Shown: positions 37,034 to 47,389 of the stretch, in pieces
Position numbering within the stretch: position 1 is the first letter of the stretch
Layout of the letters: every line of letters begins with the position of its first letter
Assembly (NCBI GenBank): GCA_965368975.1
Contig: CBDUPA010000004.1
Span: 299,051 to 363,050 of the forward strand
Source: an uncultured bacterium
Lineage (GTDB): Bacteria > Acidobacteriota > Thermoanaerobaculia > Multivoradales > JAHZIX01
Reading direction: 5' to 3'
DNA length: 64,000 nucleotides
Position numbers and translations under genes: made by a program
The notes under the pieces: generated by a model
Database searches by the model: none
What the model saw: the letters and a program-made list of their open reading frames with translations, nothing else
What the model was told of the DNA's origin: nothing

Positions 37034-38301
37034 GCCTCGGACCTCCTGGGTACCGCTGCCGCGGGGCTCTTGGGTCGCGTGGGGGGGCGCAGCTCACGGT
37101 CCAGGTTCTGCACCAGGCGCCGGGTCTCGCCGAGGCGGCGTCGCAGGTCCGCGGGATCGACGACAGCAGCCGCGAATTTGACGCGGTCGCAGGCGTGCAA
37201 GAGGTCGATGGTTTCGCGGCTGGTCTCGAGCCTCGGTCGGCGCAAGCGCCGGCGCTGGGTGTCGAGGTGGTGAACCACCTCGCGCGTCGTGCACTCGGTG
37301 GCGGCGAAGTCGAGGGTCCGGCCGAGGTACTGACGCAGGCCCCAGCTCAGCTTGACGTGAAAGGCCTCGGCGGAGGCTTCCTGGCGCAGCGCGTCGAGCA
37401 GGCTGAGCAGGTCGGCGAGGGCGCCGCCAGCCGTCGCCGCGGACTCGGCGGGTACGGGGCCTTGGCGCCACAGGTGCCCGGCCAGCAGGAGGCACGCGAG
37501 AGCGAGGACGGCGGCGGTCCACCAGAAGGGTCGGCCCAGCGGCAGTTGCACCGGAGGGTGATAGGGGCGCGCTTCGAGACTGGCGGCTCCGTCTGCGGGA
37601 CGGGCGTTGGTGTCGACCAGCTCGTCACCGCTGGTGAGCACTGAGCGAATCTCCAGGCGCGCCGGTGGGGTCAGCAGCTCGACGTTGCCGAGCGGCAGCG
37701 GCAGCGGTGGCAGCTCGAGACTGCCGCTGCGGAAAACGGTGATGGTCACTTCGCGGCTCAGGCGGATGCGGCCTTCACTGCTGCTGCGACGGGTGGAGCC
37801 GGTGCGCAGGATCTCGGCGTCGCCCCAGGAGCTGCCGGCGTGCAAGGTTTCGGTCTCGAACGGGTCGGCCTCGAGACTGTCCGCCACCGCCTCGGGCACG
37901 CTGAGTGTCAGCGTTACAGGGATCGGGTCACCGACGGTGGGGGCATCCGGCTCGGCCTCGAGCCGCAGGCGCACACCGTTCTGTCCGGTAGACACGGCGC
38001 GGATCGTCGAGGTGTCCTCCTCGCGGTCTCCTCTGGTGGTGGCGGCAAGCGCTGCCGTTTCCGAGCCGTCGGCGGGGGGGCCTGCTGGTCGCGGGCCGGC
38101 GTTTCCGCGCGTCGTGCTGCTGGTGCTGGTGCCGGCGGCTCCGGTGCCGAGGCCGAAGTACGCGACCATCGCGACGCCGCCGAGCAACACGGCCATCAGG
38201 CCGGCCAGGATGGCCCACGGCAGCATCGCAGCCCGCAGCCTGTCGTCAGTCGTGCCGTGTGTGGCGGCGTTGTGTTGCGGGGTCTCGGAGCGAGTGGCCA
38301 T
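37030..38301 (-). CDS. Membrane protein of moxR/bat operon
   Basis: ATG 38301 just after the DUF58 stop; two TM segments; LRQYL...TTRE and DRVKFA motifs. Confidence 0.7.
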   Translation of the reverse strand: MATRSETPQHNAATHGTTDDRLRAAMLPWAILAGLMAVLLGGVAMVAYFGLGTGAAGTSTSSTTRGNAGPRPAGPPADGSETAALAATTRGDREEDTSTIRAVSTGQNGVRLRLEAEPDAPTVGDPIPVTLTLSVPEAVADSLEADPFETETLHAGSSWGDAEILRTGSTRRSSSEGRIRLSREVTITVFRSGSLELPPLPLPLGNVELLTPPARLEIRSVLTSGDELVDTNARPADGAASLEARPYHPPVQLPLGRPFWWTAAVLALACLLLAGHLWRQGPVPAESAATAGGALADLLSLLDALRQEASAEAFHVKLSWGLRQYLGRTLDFAATECTTREVVHHLDTQRRRLRRPRLETSRETIDLLHACDRVKFAAAVVDPADLRRRLGETRRLVQNLDRELRPPTRPKSPAAAVPRRSEA

Positions 38302-38303
38302 GC

Positions 38304-39308
38304 TCAGCGCCTCCGTCGCATGCGTTTGCGCCGGGCTTCGAAGAAGGCCAACAGGGAGGGCAGATACGGCCGGTCGGTGCGCAGCTCGATATGGTCGGCG
38401 CCGAGGCGCCGGGTCAGTCGTCGTAGCTCGCCGCGCCGCTGCCGCCGCAACTCCGCGTGCTCGCGCGCCAGGACTCGACCGTGCACGACGGCGGTGCGAC
38501 CGTCCTCGGCGTCGCGCAGCAGGACCGGCGCGACGGCGGGGAGATCGTCGTCGAGCGGGTCGAGTAGTTCGACTACCACCAGGTCGTGGCGCGCCGCCGC
38601 CGCGCGCAGGGCGCGGCGCGGTAGTTCCGGACTGCCGGGAGCGGGTAGGAAGTCGGAGATGACGAACAGGACCGCGCGCCGTCGCAGTTGGCGCAGGGCG
38701 TCGCTGAGGCCCTTGCTGAAGTCGTCGCCGACACCGTCGCGGATCTCGCTGCCGGAGCCGGTCTCGAGCGAAGCTGCCGGCTGCGATCGGTAGGCGAGCA
38801 CGTCGCGCACCATGCGCAGCACATGGTTGCGGCGGCGCTTGGGCTTGAGGAGCTGGCGCAAGGAGTCGTCGAGCAGCGCCGCGCCGACGCGATCCCCGTT
38901 GCGCAGAGCGGCGAAGGCGAGCAGGGCGGTCAGTTCGGCGGCCAGTTCGCGCTTGAGCACCGCGCGCGAGCCGAAACCAAGGCTGCCGGAGACGTCGAGA
39001 GCGAGGAACAGCGTCAAGTCCCGCTCTTCGACGTATTGCTTGACGTACGGTGCACCCATGCGGGCGGTGACGTTCCAGTCGAGCGTACGGTGGTCGTCGC
39101 CTGGCTGATACGGGCGCACCTCGGCGAAGTCCATGCCGCGACCGCGGAATACTGAGTGGTAGTCCCCTGCCAGGCCCTGCTCGACCAGGTGGTCGGTGAC
39201 CAGCTCGATCTGACGCACCTTGCGCATCAGGTCGCGCGGCAGCGGCGCGGTGTCGTCCTCTGCCTGGGGTACTGTCGGTGAGCCCCAGAAGTTCCTCCAC
39301 CAGCTCAT
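38304..39308 (-). CDS. DUF58 family protein
   Basis: YHSVFRGRGMDFAEVRPYQPGDD, DWNVTAR, DVSGS, ISDF. Confidence 0.92.
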   Translation of the reverse strand: MSWWRNFWGSPTVPQAEDDTAPLPRDLMRKVRQIELVTDHLVEQGLAGDYHSVFRGRGMDFAEVRPYQPGDDHRTLDWNVTARMGAPYVKQYVEERDLTLFLALDVSGSLGFGSRAVLKRELAAELTALLAFAALRNGDRVGAALLDDSLRQLLKPKRRRNHVLRMVRDVLAYRSQPAASLETGSGSEIRDGVGDDFSKGLSDALRQLRRRAVLFVISDFLPAPGSPELPRRALRAAAARHDLVVVELLDPLDDDLPAVAPVLLRDAEDGRTAVVHGRVLAREHAELRRQRRGELRRLTRRLGADHIELRTDRPYLPSLLAFFEARRKRMRRRR

Positions 39309-39345
39309 GGCCAGCTCCTCGAGGTCGTGCGGCTCGCTGCGGACG

Positions 39346-40419
39346 TCACGGCACGCGCACGCGCTGCAGCAACCGCTCGATCAACTGGTCAGGGGTGACT
39401 TCGTCCGCCTCCGCCTCGTAGGTGGGGACGAGGCGGTGGCGCAGCACGTCCGGCGCGATCTCCTTGACATCCTCCGGCAAGACAAACGTGCGGCCTCGGA
39501 CCAGCGCCATCGCCTTGGCGGCCCGCGCCAAGAACAGCGTCGCGCGCGGCGAGGCGCCGAAAGCGATCAGGTCGGCGAGGTCGGCCAGGCCGGCGCGCTC
39601 CGGATTACGGGTGGCGAGCACCAAGTCGAGGATGTAGTTGCGGATCTTGGGATCCAAGCGAACCGCGTCGGCAGCCCGTCGCAGCGTCAGCAGACCCTCG
39701 GCGTCGAGCACCGCCTCGACTTGCAGCTTGGCCGGCCGCTCGACCAGCAGGCGATCGAGGATCTCGGCTTCTTCGGCGCGGCTCGGGTAGTCGAGGTGCA
39801 GCTTGAGCATGAAGCGGTCCACCTGCGCTTCGGCCAGCGGGTAGGTGCCTTCCTGCTCGATCGGGTTCTGCGTCGCCATGACCAGGAACGGCTCGGGCAA
39901 GGTGTGCGTGGTGTCCCCGAGCGTCACTTGCTTCTCTTCCATGCACTCGAGTAGCGCGCTCTGTACCTTGGCGGGAGCACGATTGATCTCATCGGCCAGC
40001 AGCAGGTGGGTGAACACCGGTCCTTTGTGCGGCTTGAAGGTGCTCTTGCGCTGGTCGTAGATCAGGGTGCCGACGAGGTCGGCGGGCAACAGGTCCGGAG
40101 TGAACTGGATGCGCTGGAAGTCGAGGTGTTGGCTGGCGGCCAGGGTCTTGACGGTCAACGTCTTGGCCAGGCCGGGCACGCCTTCGATCAGGGCGTGGCC
40201 GCGCGCCAGCAAGACGACGAAAAGGCGGTCGAGGAGGTAGTCCTGGCCGACCAGGACGCGCCGCACCTCGGTCTCGACGCGCTGCAGTTGCTCGATGTGC
40301 TCTTCGAGCTTGTCTTCCAGCTCGCGGCTCTGGGCTTCCGCCGATGCCTCTATCTCGAGGTCGGCGGCGTCGGGGCTGGGCTGGGTCTTGGATTTGCGGG
40401 TAGCGGGGCGCTGGCTCAA
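39346..40419 (-). CDS. MoxR family AAA+ ATPase
   Basis: EGVPGLAKT, RIQFTPDLLPAD, DEINRAPAKVQSALLE, NPIEQEGTYPL. Confidence 0.95.
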   Translation of the reverse strand: MSQRPATRKSKTQPSPDAADLEIEASAEAQSRELEDKLEEHIEQLQRVETEVRRVLVGQDYLLDRLFVVLLARGHALIEGVPGLAKTLTVKTLAASQHLDFQRIQFTPDLLPADLVGTLIYDQRKSTFKPHKGPVFTHLLLADEINRAPAKVQSALLECMEEKQVTLGDTTHTLPEPFLVMATQNPIEQEGTYPLAEAQVDRFMLKLHLDYPSRAEEAEILDRLLVERPAKLQVEAVLDAEGLLTLRRAADAVRLDPKIRNYILDLVLATRNPERAGLADLADLIAFGASPRATLFLARAAKAMALVRGRTFVLPEDVKEIAPDVLRHRLVPTYEAEADEVTPDQLIERLLQRVRVP

Positions 40420-40488
40420 GGAAATCCTCCGGCGGGTCGCGGTCGGCAGTTCGCTGATTGTAACGGAAAGGTCTGATAGGTTGCCGTC

Positions 40489-41361
40489 GTGGCGTCTTCA
40501 CCTCACTTTCGCGATGCCGTCATGGCCCGCCGTGTCCGCGCAGGTCGCGGGCCCGTGCTGCGCAAGTCCTTAGGGCAGCACCACTTGGTGGATGGCAAGT
40601 TGTGCCGCCCGCTGGTCGAGTTTCTCGGTGAGGACAGGCAGTTCCCTGGCCTGGTTGTGGAGATCGGCCCGGGTGGCGGTGTTCTGACGCGCGAGTTGCT
40701 GGCGACCGGTGCCCGGGTGGTCGGTTGGGAGTTGGACGCCGCCTGGGCCGCCGAGCTGCCGCGGCGCCTGGGGGCCACGCTCTGCCGCAGGCTGAAGCTC
40801 GTGGTCGCGGACGCTCTCGAGTTGCCGTGGACGCGGTTGCCGGCGCAGACGCTGGTGGCTGGCAATCTACCGTACAACGTCGCGACGGTGCTCCTGCGGC
40901 GCATGCTGGAGCAGGCCGGCACCCGCGTCGCGCGCGCCGGAGTGCTGGTGCAACGCGAGGTGGCCCAGCGACTGGCCGCCGAGCCGGGCGGTCGAGACTA
41001 CGGTGCGCTCAGTGTACTGGTGGCGGCGCGCGCGGACGTGCGCATCTTGGGCCGTGTCAAGCCTGGGAGCTTTCGACCACCGCCCAAGGTCGAGTCGGCG
41101 TTTGTCGGCCTGGTGCCCAAGGAGCCACCGCTGCCGGAGTTCGAGATGGGGTCCTTCACGGCTACAGTGCACGCTGCCTTTGCGCAGCGGCGCAAGAAGT
41201 TGCGCAACGCCCTGGCGGTCACAGGCTGCAGCAAGCCGCAAGTGGAACAAGCGCTCGACAGCGCGGGTCTGGACGCCGAGGCACGGGCGGAGCAGCTGTC
41301 CTTGCGCGACTTCGTGCGCCTGCACCAGGAGCTGCGCTTGGTGCGTCGAGCCGATCAATGA
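40489..41361 (+). CDS. rsmA: 16S rRNA dimethyltransferase KsgA
   Basis: KSLGQH, EIGPGGG, GNLPYNV, QREVAQR, FRPPPKVES, FAQRRK; alternative start ATG 40522. Confidence 0.93.
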   Translation: MASSPHFRDAVMARRVRAGRGPVLRKSLGQHHLVDGKLCRPLVEFLGEDRQFPGLVVEIGPGGGVLTRELLATGARVVGWELDAAWAAELPRRLGATLCRRLKLVVADALELPWTRLPAQTLVAGNLPYNVATVLLRRMLEQAGTRVARAGVLVQREVAQRLAAEPGGRDYGALSVLVAARADVRILGRVKPGSFRPPPKVESAFVGLVPKEPPLPEFEMGSFTATVHAAFAQRRKKLRNALAVTGCSKPQVEQALDSAGLDAEARAEQLSLRDFVRLHQELRLVRRADQ

Positions 41362-41511
41362 TATGATATGCCGACATTTAGCTATCGCTTCCTGAGCATG
41401 CTAAAAACCTTTCAACTCCTTCGACACGACTTCCCCGGCAGTCCGATTCTCTAGAAGGGCCGGTTACGGAGATCGCCGGTTGCCGAAGACGACGACAAGA
41501 ACGATCACAGC

Positions 41512-44280
41512 ATGGCCGACCCGGACGACGACAAGATTCCCACAGCTACCGACGGCGTTGGTGATGCCGACACCGCGGTCAAGCCGAAGCGCCGCAAGAA
41601 GGCGGGCGCCACGGCTGGGACGCGTGCGCGCAAAGCCGGTGGCGAGAGAATTGCCAATGAGGCTGGCGCGGGATCGCCTCAGGGTTCGCCGCGGGTGCGG
41701 CCGCTGGCACCCGAGAAGGGACGCGAACTCCTCGGTATCCTGATGCTCGTCGCTGGCGTCATGCTCTTGGCCAGTTTGCTGACCTACCATCCCGACGACG
41801 CCAGCTGGTTCCGTGCTGGGGGAACGAGCGAGGGTACATCCAACCTGATCGGACCGGTCGGTGCTCAAGTTTCCGCCCTGGCGTTCGAACTGGTGGGTCT
41901 GACGTCCTTCGTCTTCGTGGTCTTGTTGCTGGTGGCGGGGGTTCGCCGCTGGCGGCAACGTAGCGCGGAGACCGACCTGTGGCGCATCTGCGGCTTGGTC
42001 TTGCTGTTCACGTCGCTGCCGGGATTGACGCAGCTGCTGTTAGGTGAGATCAGCTGGCGCGGCCGGGACATCGCGACTGGCGGTGCGCTGGGCACCTTGC
42101 TCGATCGCTTCCTGCAGGCTCAGGTCGGCTTCCTCGGTGGTTTCTTGTTGCTAGTCCTGACCCTCGCCGCCGGTGTTTCGCTGGTCGTGCAGACGACGCT
42201 CAACGAGATGTGCTTGCGGCTGTGGCAACGCAGCCAGGACCTGCTCCAGGACTGGCACTTGTCTCGTGAACGACGCCAGGAGCGTAAGCACAAGGAGCAG
42301 GCGCGCGAGCGCGTCTTGCGCAAGCACCTGCAGCGCACGGCGTCGGGCGGTCCTGCGCGCTATGGGAAAGAAGCGGATTCGGAGTTGGGCTTGGAAGAGG
42401 CAGGCGCCCAGGAGGGTGGTTTCCCATTCGAAGGTTCTCCCGTCGAGTTGCGTGCACCAGCGCCGGTAATGCCGCTGCGCGTCACCGAGCGCAAGGGGCC
42501 GGGGAGTTTCTCCGTACGGCGTGTACGCGTAGGAGACGTCGACGACGGGTTCGAGGGCGATGGTGCCGATCGCGTCGTGCCGTTCCCGGTGCCGGAGTCG
42601 ACATCGCCAGCGCGAATCCCCGCGGCTGAGGAGGGCAGCGCTCCACGAGCACCAGACACGCCGCCGCCGCGAATGCCGACGCCGAGTCCACGGAGATCGA
42701 GTCAGCCGGCCGCCGCGCCTGCGACCAGCAAGCCGCGGGGTCAACAGCGCCTGGTGTTCGCCAAGGACGGTGCCGAGCCCGGTCTGCCGCCGGTCAACCT
42801 GCTGCAACTGACGGACGAAGACGCGTTGGTGGACGAGAACGAGCTGGTCCGCCAGGGTGAGACGATCCGTGCCCGCTGCGCCGAATTCGGGGTCGAGGGC
42901 ACGGTGGTCAGCATCAATCCGGGGCCGGTGATCACCGTCTTCGAATTCCAGCCGGCACCGGGCGTCAAAGTCAGTCAGATCGTCAACCTGCAGGACGAGC
43001 TGGCGATGGCTCTGCGCGCCGACTCCGTACGTATCGATCGCCTGGCCGGCCGTTCGACGCTCGGCATCGAGGTGCCCAACAAGCAGCGCGCCATTATCCA
43101 CCTGGGGCCGCAGCTGGAAAACGAGAGTTTCCACAAGTCGCACTCGCCGCTGACCCTGGCACTGGGTGTCGACATCGGTGGCCGCCCGGTGTTCACCGAC
43201 CTGGCGACCATGCCGCACCTGATCGTCGCTGGTGCCACGGGCGCCGGCAAGAGCGTCGGCCTGCAGACCATGATCACGTCGATCCTCTACAAGGCCACGC
43301 GCGAAGACGTGCAGTTCATCTTCATCGATCCCAAGCGCATCGAGTTGGGGGTCTACGCTGACATTCCGCACCTCAAGACCGAGGTGGTGGTCGATCCCAA
43401 GAAGGCAGCCAACGCGCTGCAGTGGGCGGTCGCCGAGATGGAGCGTCGCTACCGTCTGCTGGCCGAAGTGCACGTGCGCTCGATCGCCTACTACAACCAG
43501 GCGATCCAGGATCCGGAAGTGCAGAAGCGTCTGTCGCTGTCCGACGACGACGAGGCTGCGCCGACGCCGCAGGATCTCAAGAAGCTGCCCTATTACGTCA
43601 TTGTCATCGACGAGCTGGCCGACTTGATGATGGTCTCGTCCTCCGAGGTCGAGACCTGTATCGCGCGCCTGGCGCAGATGGCGCGTGCCGTCGGCATCCA
43701 CCTGATCATCGCCACGCAGCGGCCGTCGGTCGACGTGCTTACCGGCACCATCAAGGCCAACTTCCCCTGCCGTATTGCCTTCGCTACGGCCACCCGCCAC
43801 GACTCGCGAACCATTCTCGACCAAGTGGGGGCGGAGAAACTGTTGGGCAAAGGCGATATGCTGTTCATGCCGCCCGGCACCTCGCGCGTGCGGCGCCTCC
43901 ACGGCGCCTACATCAGCGAGCAGGAGACGGCGGCCTTGATCCGCTGGTTGAAGAAGCAGGGCAAGCCGGAACTGGATCCGGACGTCCTGAAGGGGACGGA
44001 CAACGGCAAGGGTGGCGCTGGCGGCGGCGAAGACAACGACGACGAGCTGTACGACGAGGCCGCCCGCCTGGTGGTGGCCGAGGGGCAGGCGTCAGCGAGC
44101 TTCCTGCAGCGTCGCCTGCGTGTTGGCTTCTCGCGGGCCGCCCGCCTGATCGACATCATGGAGCGCGACGGCCTGCTCGGGCCGCCGCAAGGCTCCAAGC
44201 CGCGGGAAGTTCTGGTGCCGCCTGGCTACTTCGAAGAGATCGACCGCGCCCGCCACGACGACGAGAACTACAATCCGTGA
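41512..44280 (+). CDS. ftsK: DNA translocase FtsK
   Basis: N-terminal TMs, MPHLIVAGATGAGKSV, VIDELADLMM, ATQRPSVDV, gamma domain LQRRLRVGFSRAAR. Confidence 0.96.
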   Translation: MADPDDDKIPTATDGVGDADTAVKPKRRKKAGATAGTRARKAGGERIANEAGAGSPQGSPRVRPLAPEKGRELLGILMLVAGVMLLASLLTYHPDDASWFRAGGTSEGTSNLIGPVGAQVSALAFELVGLTSFVFVVLLLVAGVRRWRQRSAETDLWRICGLVLLFTSLPGLTQLLLGEISWRGRDIATGGALGTLLDRFLQAQVGFLGGFLLLVLTLAAGVSLVVQTTLNEMCLRLWQRSQDLLQDWHLSRERRQERKHKEQARERVLRKHLQRTASGGPARYGKEADSELGLEEAGAQEGGFPFEGSPVELRAPAPVMPLRVTERKGPGSFSVRRVRVGDVDDGFEGDGADRVVPFPVPESTSPARIPAAEEGSAPRAPDTPPPRMPTPSPRRSSQPAAAPATSKPRGQQRLVFAKDGAEPGLPPVNLLQLTDEDALVDENELVRQGETIRARCAEFGVEGTVVSINPGPVITVFEFQPAPGVKVSQIVNLQDELAMALRADSVRIDRLAGRSTLGIEVPNKQRAIIHLGPQLENESFHKSHSPLTLALGVDIGGRPVFTDLATMPHLIVAGATGAGKSVGLQTMITSILYKATREDVQFIFIDPKRIELGVYADIPHLKTEVVVDPKKAANALQWAVAEMERRYRLLAEVHVRSIAYYNQAIQDPEVQKRLSLSDDDEAAPTPQDLKKLPYYVIVIDELADLMMVSSSEVETCIARLAQMARAVGIHLIIATQRPSVDVLTGTIKANFPCRIAFATATRHDSRTILDQVGAEKLLGKGDMLFMPPGTSRVRRLHGAYISEQETAALIRWLKKQGKPELDPDVLKGTDNGKGGAGGGEDNDDELYDEAARLVVAEGQASASFLQRRLRVGFSRAARLIDIMERDGLLGPPQGSKPREVLVPPGYFEEIDRARHDDENYNP

Positions 44281-45314
44281 ACATCGAGCGAATCCTCTTT
44301 TTCGGTACCCCGGAATTCGCGGTACCGACCCTGGAGGCGTTGGTTGCTGCTGGCCGCCGGCCGATGCAGGTGATCACGCAGCCGTCCCGCCGTGCTGGTC
44401 GTGGCAAGCGCCTGCAGCCGCCGCCGGTGGCAGTCGCCGCGCAGCGACTGGAGTTGCCGGTGGTGCAGCCGGCCAAAGTCAAGGCCCCGGAGTTCCTGGC
44501 CGCCGTCGAAGCCTGGCAGCCGGACGTCGCGGTGGTGGTCGCCTTCGGGCAGATCTTCCCGCGGCGCCTGTTGGCGTTGCCAAAGGCCGGCTGCATCAAC
44601 CTGCACGCCTCGTTGCTGCCGGCATGGCGTGGTGCCGCACCGATCCAAGCGGCCATCGCCCACGGGGATGCGACCACTGGCGTGTGCACCATGCAGATGG
44701 AGGCGGGGCTCGACAGCGGCCCGTCGTTGCTGTGCGCCGAGACGCCGATCGGTGTCTCCGAGACGGCCGAGGAACTCTCTGAGCGCTTGGCGTGCTTGGG
44801 CGCCGAACTGACGGTGCGTACGCTCGACGCCCTGGAAGCCGGTGACCTGACACCAAAGCCGCAGGACGACGCGCGGGCAACCTACGCGCCGCGCATCCAG
44901 AAGTCGGATGGAGTCGTCGACTGGAACCTGTCGGCGCGCGAGTTGTTCAACTGTCTTCGTGCCTTCACTCCCTGGCCGGGACTGACCGCGCGTCTCGGGG
45001 ACAAGCCCGTACGCCTGGGCTGGGCGCGTGTCTTGACCGGTGAGGACGCGGTGATCCCCAGCGATATGGCCGGGGCTCCCGCCGGCACGCTCCTCGGTCT
45101 GCGCGGCGACGATCCACCGTGTCTTGCAGTCGTGTGCGGTCCGGCCGGTACTGGCACCAGCGCGCGCGGCGTGCTGGGTCTGGAAGAAGTGCAGCGTCCA
45201 GGTAAACGCGCCTTGCCGGCCGCCGATTTCTGGAACGGCGAACGGTTGCATGCCGGTGATCGCTTCGACGTGCCCGCTAGCGGAACTTCCCAGGCGCCGG
45301 CCGGGGACGGCTGA
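44277..45314 (+). CDS. fmt: Methionyl-tRNA formyltransferase
   Basis: FFGTPEFA, INLHASLLPAWRGAAPIQ, GLDSG; GTG 44277 overlaps the ftsK stop. Confidence 0.95.
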   Translation: MNIERILFFGTPEFAVPTLEALVAAGRRPMQVITQPSRRAGRGKRLQPPPVAVAAQRLELPVVQPAKVKAPEFLAAVEAWQPDVAVVVAFGQIFPRRLLALPKAGCINLHASLLPAWRGAAPIQAAIAHGDATTGVCTMQMEAGLDSGPSLLCAETPIGVSETAEELSERLACLGAELTVRTLDALEAGDLTPKPQDDARATYAPRIQKSDGVVDWNLSARELFNCLRAFTPWPGLTARLGDKPVRLGWARVLTGEDAVIPSDMAGAPAGTLLGLRGDDPPCLAVVCGPAGTGTSARGVLGLEEVQRPGKRALPAADFWNGERLHAGDRFDVPASGTSQAPAGDG

Positions 45315-45320
45315 CGTAGC

Positions 45321-46769
45321 ATGCCGCGCCGTGCTTCCAACCGTGCCTCGCGGGGTGGCCGCGTGCCACGCCAAGTAGGCCCCAATCGTCGCCAGACGGT
45401 GCGGGGCCGCACGCCTCAGGACAACGTGCGCGTGGCGGCGGCCTGGGTGCTGGAGCGGACCCTGGCATCATTGTCACCGGTGGGTGCCTTCCTCGGTACC
45501 GTCCTCGAGCGTTATGACGAGCGAGACCAGGGGCTGCTGCGTGAGCTGGTTTTCGGCACCCTGCGCTGGATGCGGCGGCTCGACCACGTCATCGAGATCG
45601 CCGCTGGCCGCTCCCTGGACAAGATCGAACCGGTGCTACATGCGCCGCTACGAGTCGCAGTGTACCAACTCTTGTTCCTCGATCGTGTGCCCGCGCATGC
45701 AGCCGTGCACGAAGCGGTCGAACAGGCGCATGCGCTGAGTCATCGTGGTGCTGCCAGCTTTGTCAACGCCGTCCTGCGCCGTATCGCCCGCGAATCGCAA
45801 CTCTCGGCCTGGCCGGTACGGGAATCCGACCCGGTGCGCCGGCTGGGGATCGAGCTCAGTCACCCGGACTTGCTGGTGTCTCGCTGGTTGGAAACGTACG
45901 GTGCGCAGGAGACGGAGCGTTTGCTGCGCGCCAACAACCAAGCCAAGCCGCTGCAACTGCTCGCGTTCCGCCATCGCGGCGGGCGTGAGTTGCTGGCTGA
46001 ATCTCTGATCGACGCTGGCCTCGACGTGGAGCCGTCGGCCTTGTCGTTGGTCGGGCTGACCGTGCGTCGGGGCAACCCGCTGAACACCGACGCCTTCCGG
46101 CGCGGTGAGTTCTACATCCAGGACGAAGTCAGCCAAATGGCAGCCCTGCTGCCGCCGCCCAAGCCCGGGGAGCGCATTCTCGACGCCGCCGCGGCGCCGG
46201 GTGGCAAGAGCTTCGCGCTCAAGGCCTGGGAGCCGGACGTCGACGTCCTGTTGGCCGACGTGTCGCTTGACCGCATCGGCCGCCTGCGCGCCAACCTGCG
46301 ACGGCTCGAGCTCGACTTGCCAGTGCTGGTCGCCGATGCCGGCGCACCGCCGTTCGCGCGTGGTCCAGGCGCCAGAGAGTGCGACCGCTTCGATCGCGTC
46401 GTTCTCGATCTACCGTGCAGCGGCACCGGCACGCTACGGCGCAAGCCGGAGCTGAAGTGGCGGTTGAGTGCTGGTGAGATCGGTCGCCTGGCGAGCAGTG
46501 GCCTGCGTTTGCTCGAAGGTTGCGCGCCCTTGGTGCGGCCCGAGGGGCTCCTGGTGGCCATCACTTGTTCGGTGGAAGCGGAGGAGAACGAGGCGGTCGT
46601 CTCGCGTTTCCTTTCGAAGCATCCCGAGTGGCGTCCGTATCCCTTGGAGACGACAGTTCCCCAGCCGCTCCAAACGGCTATCGCTGGGCCAGGGTTTTGG
46701 CGTATGCTCCCCGGCGACGATCACGACGGCTTCACGGTACACGTGATGAGCCGTCGCGGCACTGAATAA
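45321..46769 (+). CDS. rsmB: 16S rRNA m5C967 methyltransferase (NusB-like N-terminus)
   Basis: FVNAVLR, SHP, YIQDE, AAPGGKS, DLPCSGTG; follows fmt. Confidence 0.9.
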   Translation: MPRRASNRASRGGRVPRQVGPNRRQTVRGRTPQDNVRVAAAWVLERTLASLSPVGAFLGTVLERYDERDQGLLRELVFGTLRWMRRLDHVIEIAAGRSLDKIEPVLHAPLRVAVYQLLFLDRVPAHAAVHEAVEQAHALSHRGAASFVNAVLRRIARESQLSAWPVRESDPVRRLGIELSHPDLLVSRWLETYGAQETERLLRANNQAKPLQLLAFRHRGGRELLAESLIDAGLDVEPSALSLVGLTVRRGNPLNTDAFRRGEFYIQDEVSQMAALLPPPKPGERILDAAAAPGGKSFALKAWEPDVDVLLADVSLDRIGRLRANLRRLELDLPVLVADAGAPPFARGPGARECDRFDRVVLDLPCSGTGTLRRKPELKWRLSAGEIGRLASSGLRLLEGCAPLVRPEGLLVAITCSVEAEENEAVVSRFLSKHPEWRPYPLETTVPQPLQTAIAGPGFWRMLPGDDHDGFTVHVMSRRGTE

Positions 46770-46894
46770 CGCGTGATCCCTAGAGGGCCGTGAGTTTCGT
46801 TGCGGCTGCGAGAGATCGTTCAAGTTACGAAGTCGAGGTTTCAAGATCGGGCTTATGATGGCCGGCAAAAAGTGCTCCGGGGCACGAAAAGCCA

Positions 46895-46923
46895 TTGACA
46901 CGGCCGAAGTGATACCGTATCTT
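46895..46923 (+). promoter_or_regulatory. Sigma70-type promoter of HU gene
   Basis: TTGACA-17 nt-TATCTT. Confidence 0.6.
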
Positions 46924-46984
46924 CCCGACACTGCTAAATAACCCCCCGGGAAAGTACCGGAAAGAGACCGGAAAAGGAGGAGTC

Positions 46985-47266
46985 ATGGCTGGTAAGGCTG
47001 ACATCGTCAATCATCTGGTGGATAACGTCGAGGGACTGACCAAGAAGCAGGCCGCCGAAGCGTTCGACGCCACTTTCAATGCCATTACTGATCTGTTGAA
47101 CGATGGCGAGCGGGTCAATGTATCCGGCTTTGGCAGCTTCTCGGTTGCCGACCGCGCTGCTCGTACGGGCCGCAACCCGGCGACGGGTGCCACGATTCAG
47201 ATTCCCGCCCGCCGTACGGCGCGCTTCAAGGAAGGCAAGGAGCTGAAGGAAACCCTCAACGCCTGA
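46985..47266 (+). CDS. hup: HU family DNA-binding protein
   Basis: GFGSF, ARTGRNPATG, F..GKELKE; AAGGAGGAG RBS. Confidence 0.95.
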   Translation: MAGKADIVNHLVDNVEGLTKKQAAEAFDATFNAITDLLNDGERVNVSGFGSFSVADRAARTGRNPATGATIQIPARRTARFKEGKELKETLNA

Positions 47267-47304
47267 GGTTTCGACCAGCATTCTGCTCCGGCAGTTCCGC
47301 TCTG

Positions 47305-47358
47305 AAGAGGCCCCGCGGTCTGGTGTTCCAATGCCAGCCTCGCGGGGCTTTCTGTTTC
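47305..47358 (+). terminator. Intrinsic terminator after HU gene
   Basis: GCCCCGCG...CGCGGGGC stem followed by TTTCTGTTT. Confidence 0.6.
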
Positions 47359-47389
47359 TACTCGCCTGCCGCGCAGTTGCATGCAGGCA

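Noticed and set aside
32187-40419. MoxR-DUF58-VWA-TPR-BatD operon as a novel system
   Set aside because: Well-known, widespread Bat-type arrangement
6488-46769. Unusual number of ribosome-modifying methyltransferases (rsmI, rsmF-like, prmA, rsmE, rsmA, rsmB)
   Set aside because: They are scattered in separate ordinary housekeeping contexts with no sign of a shared unit
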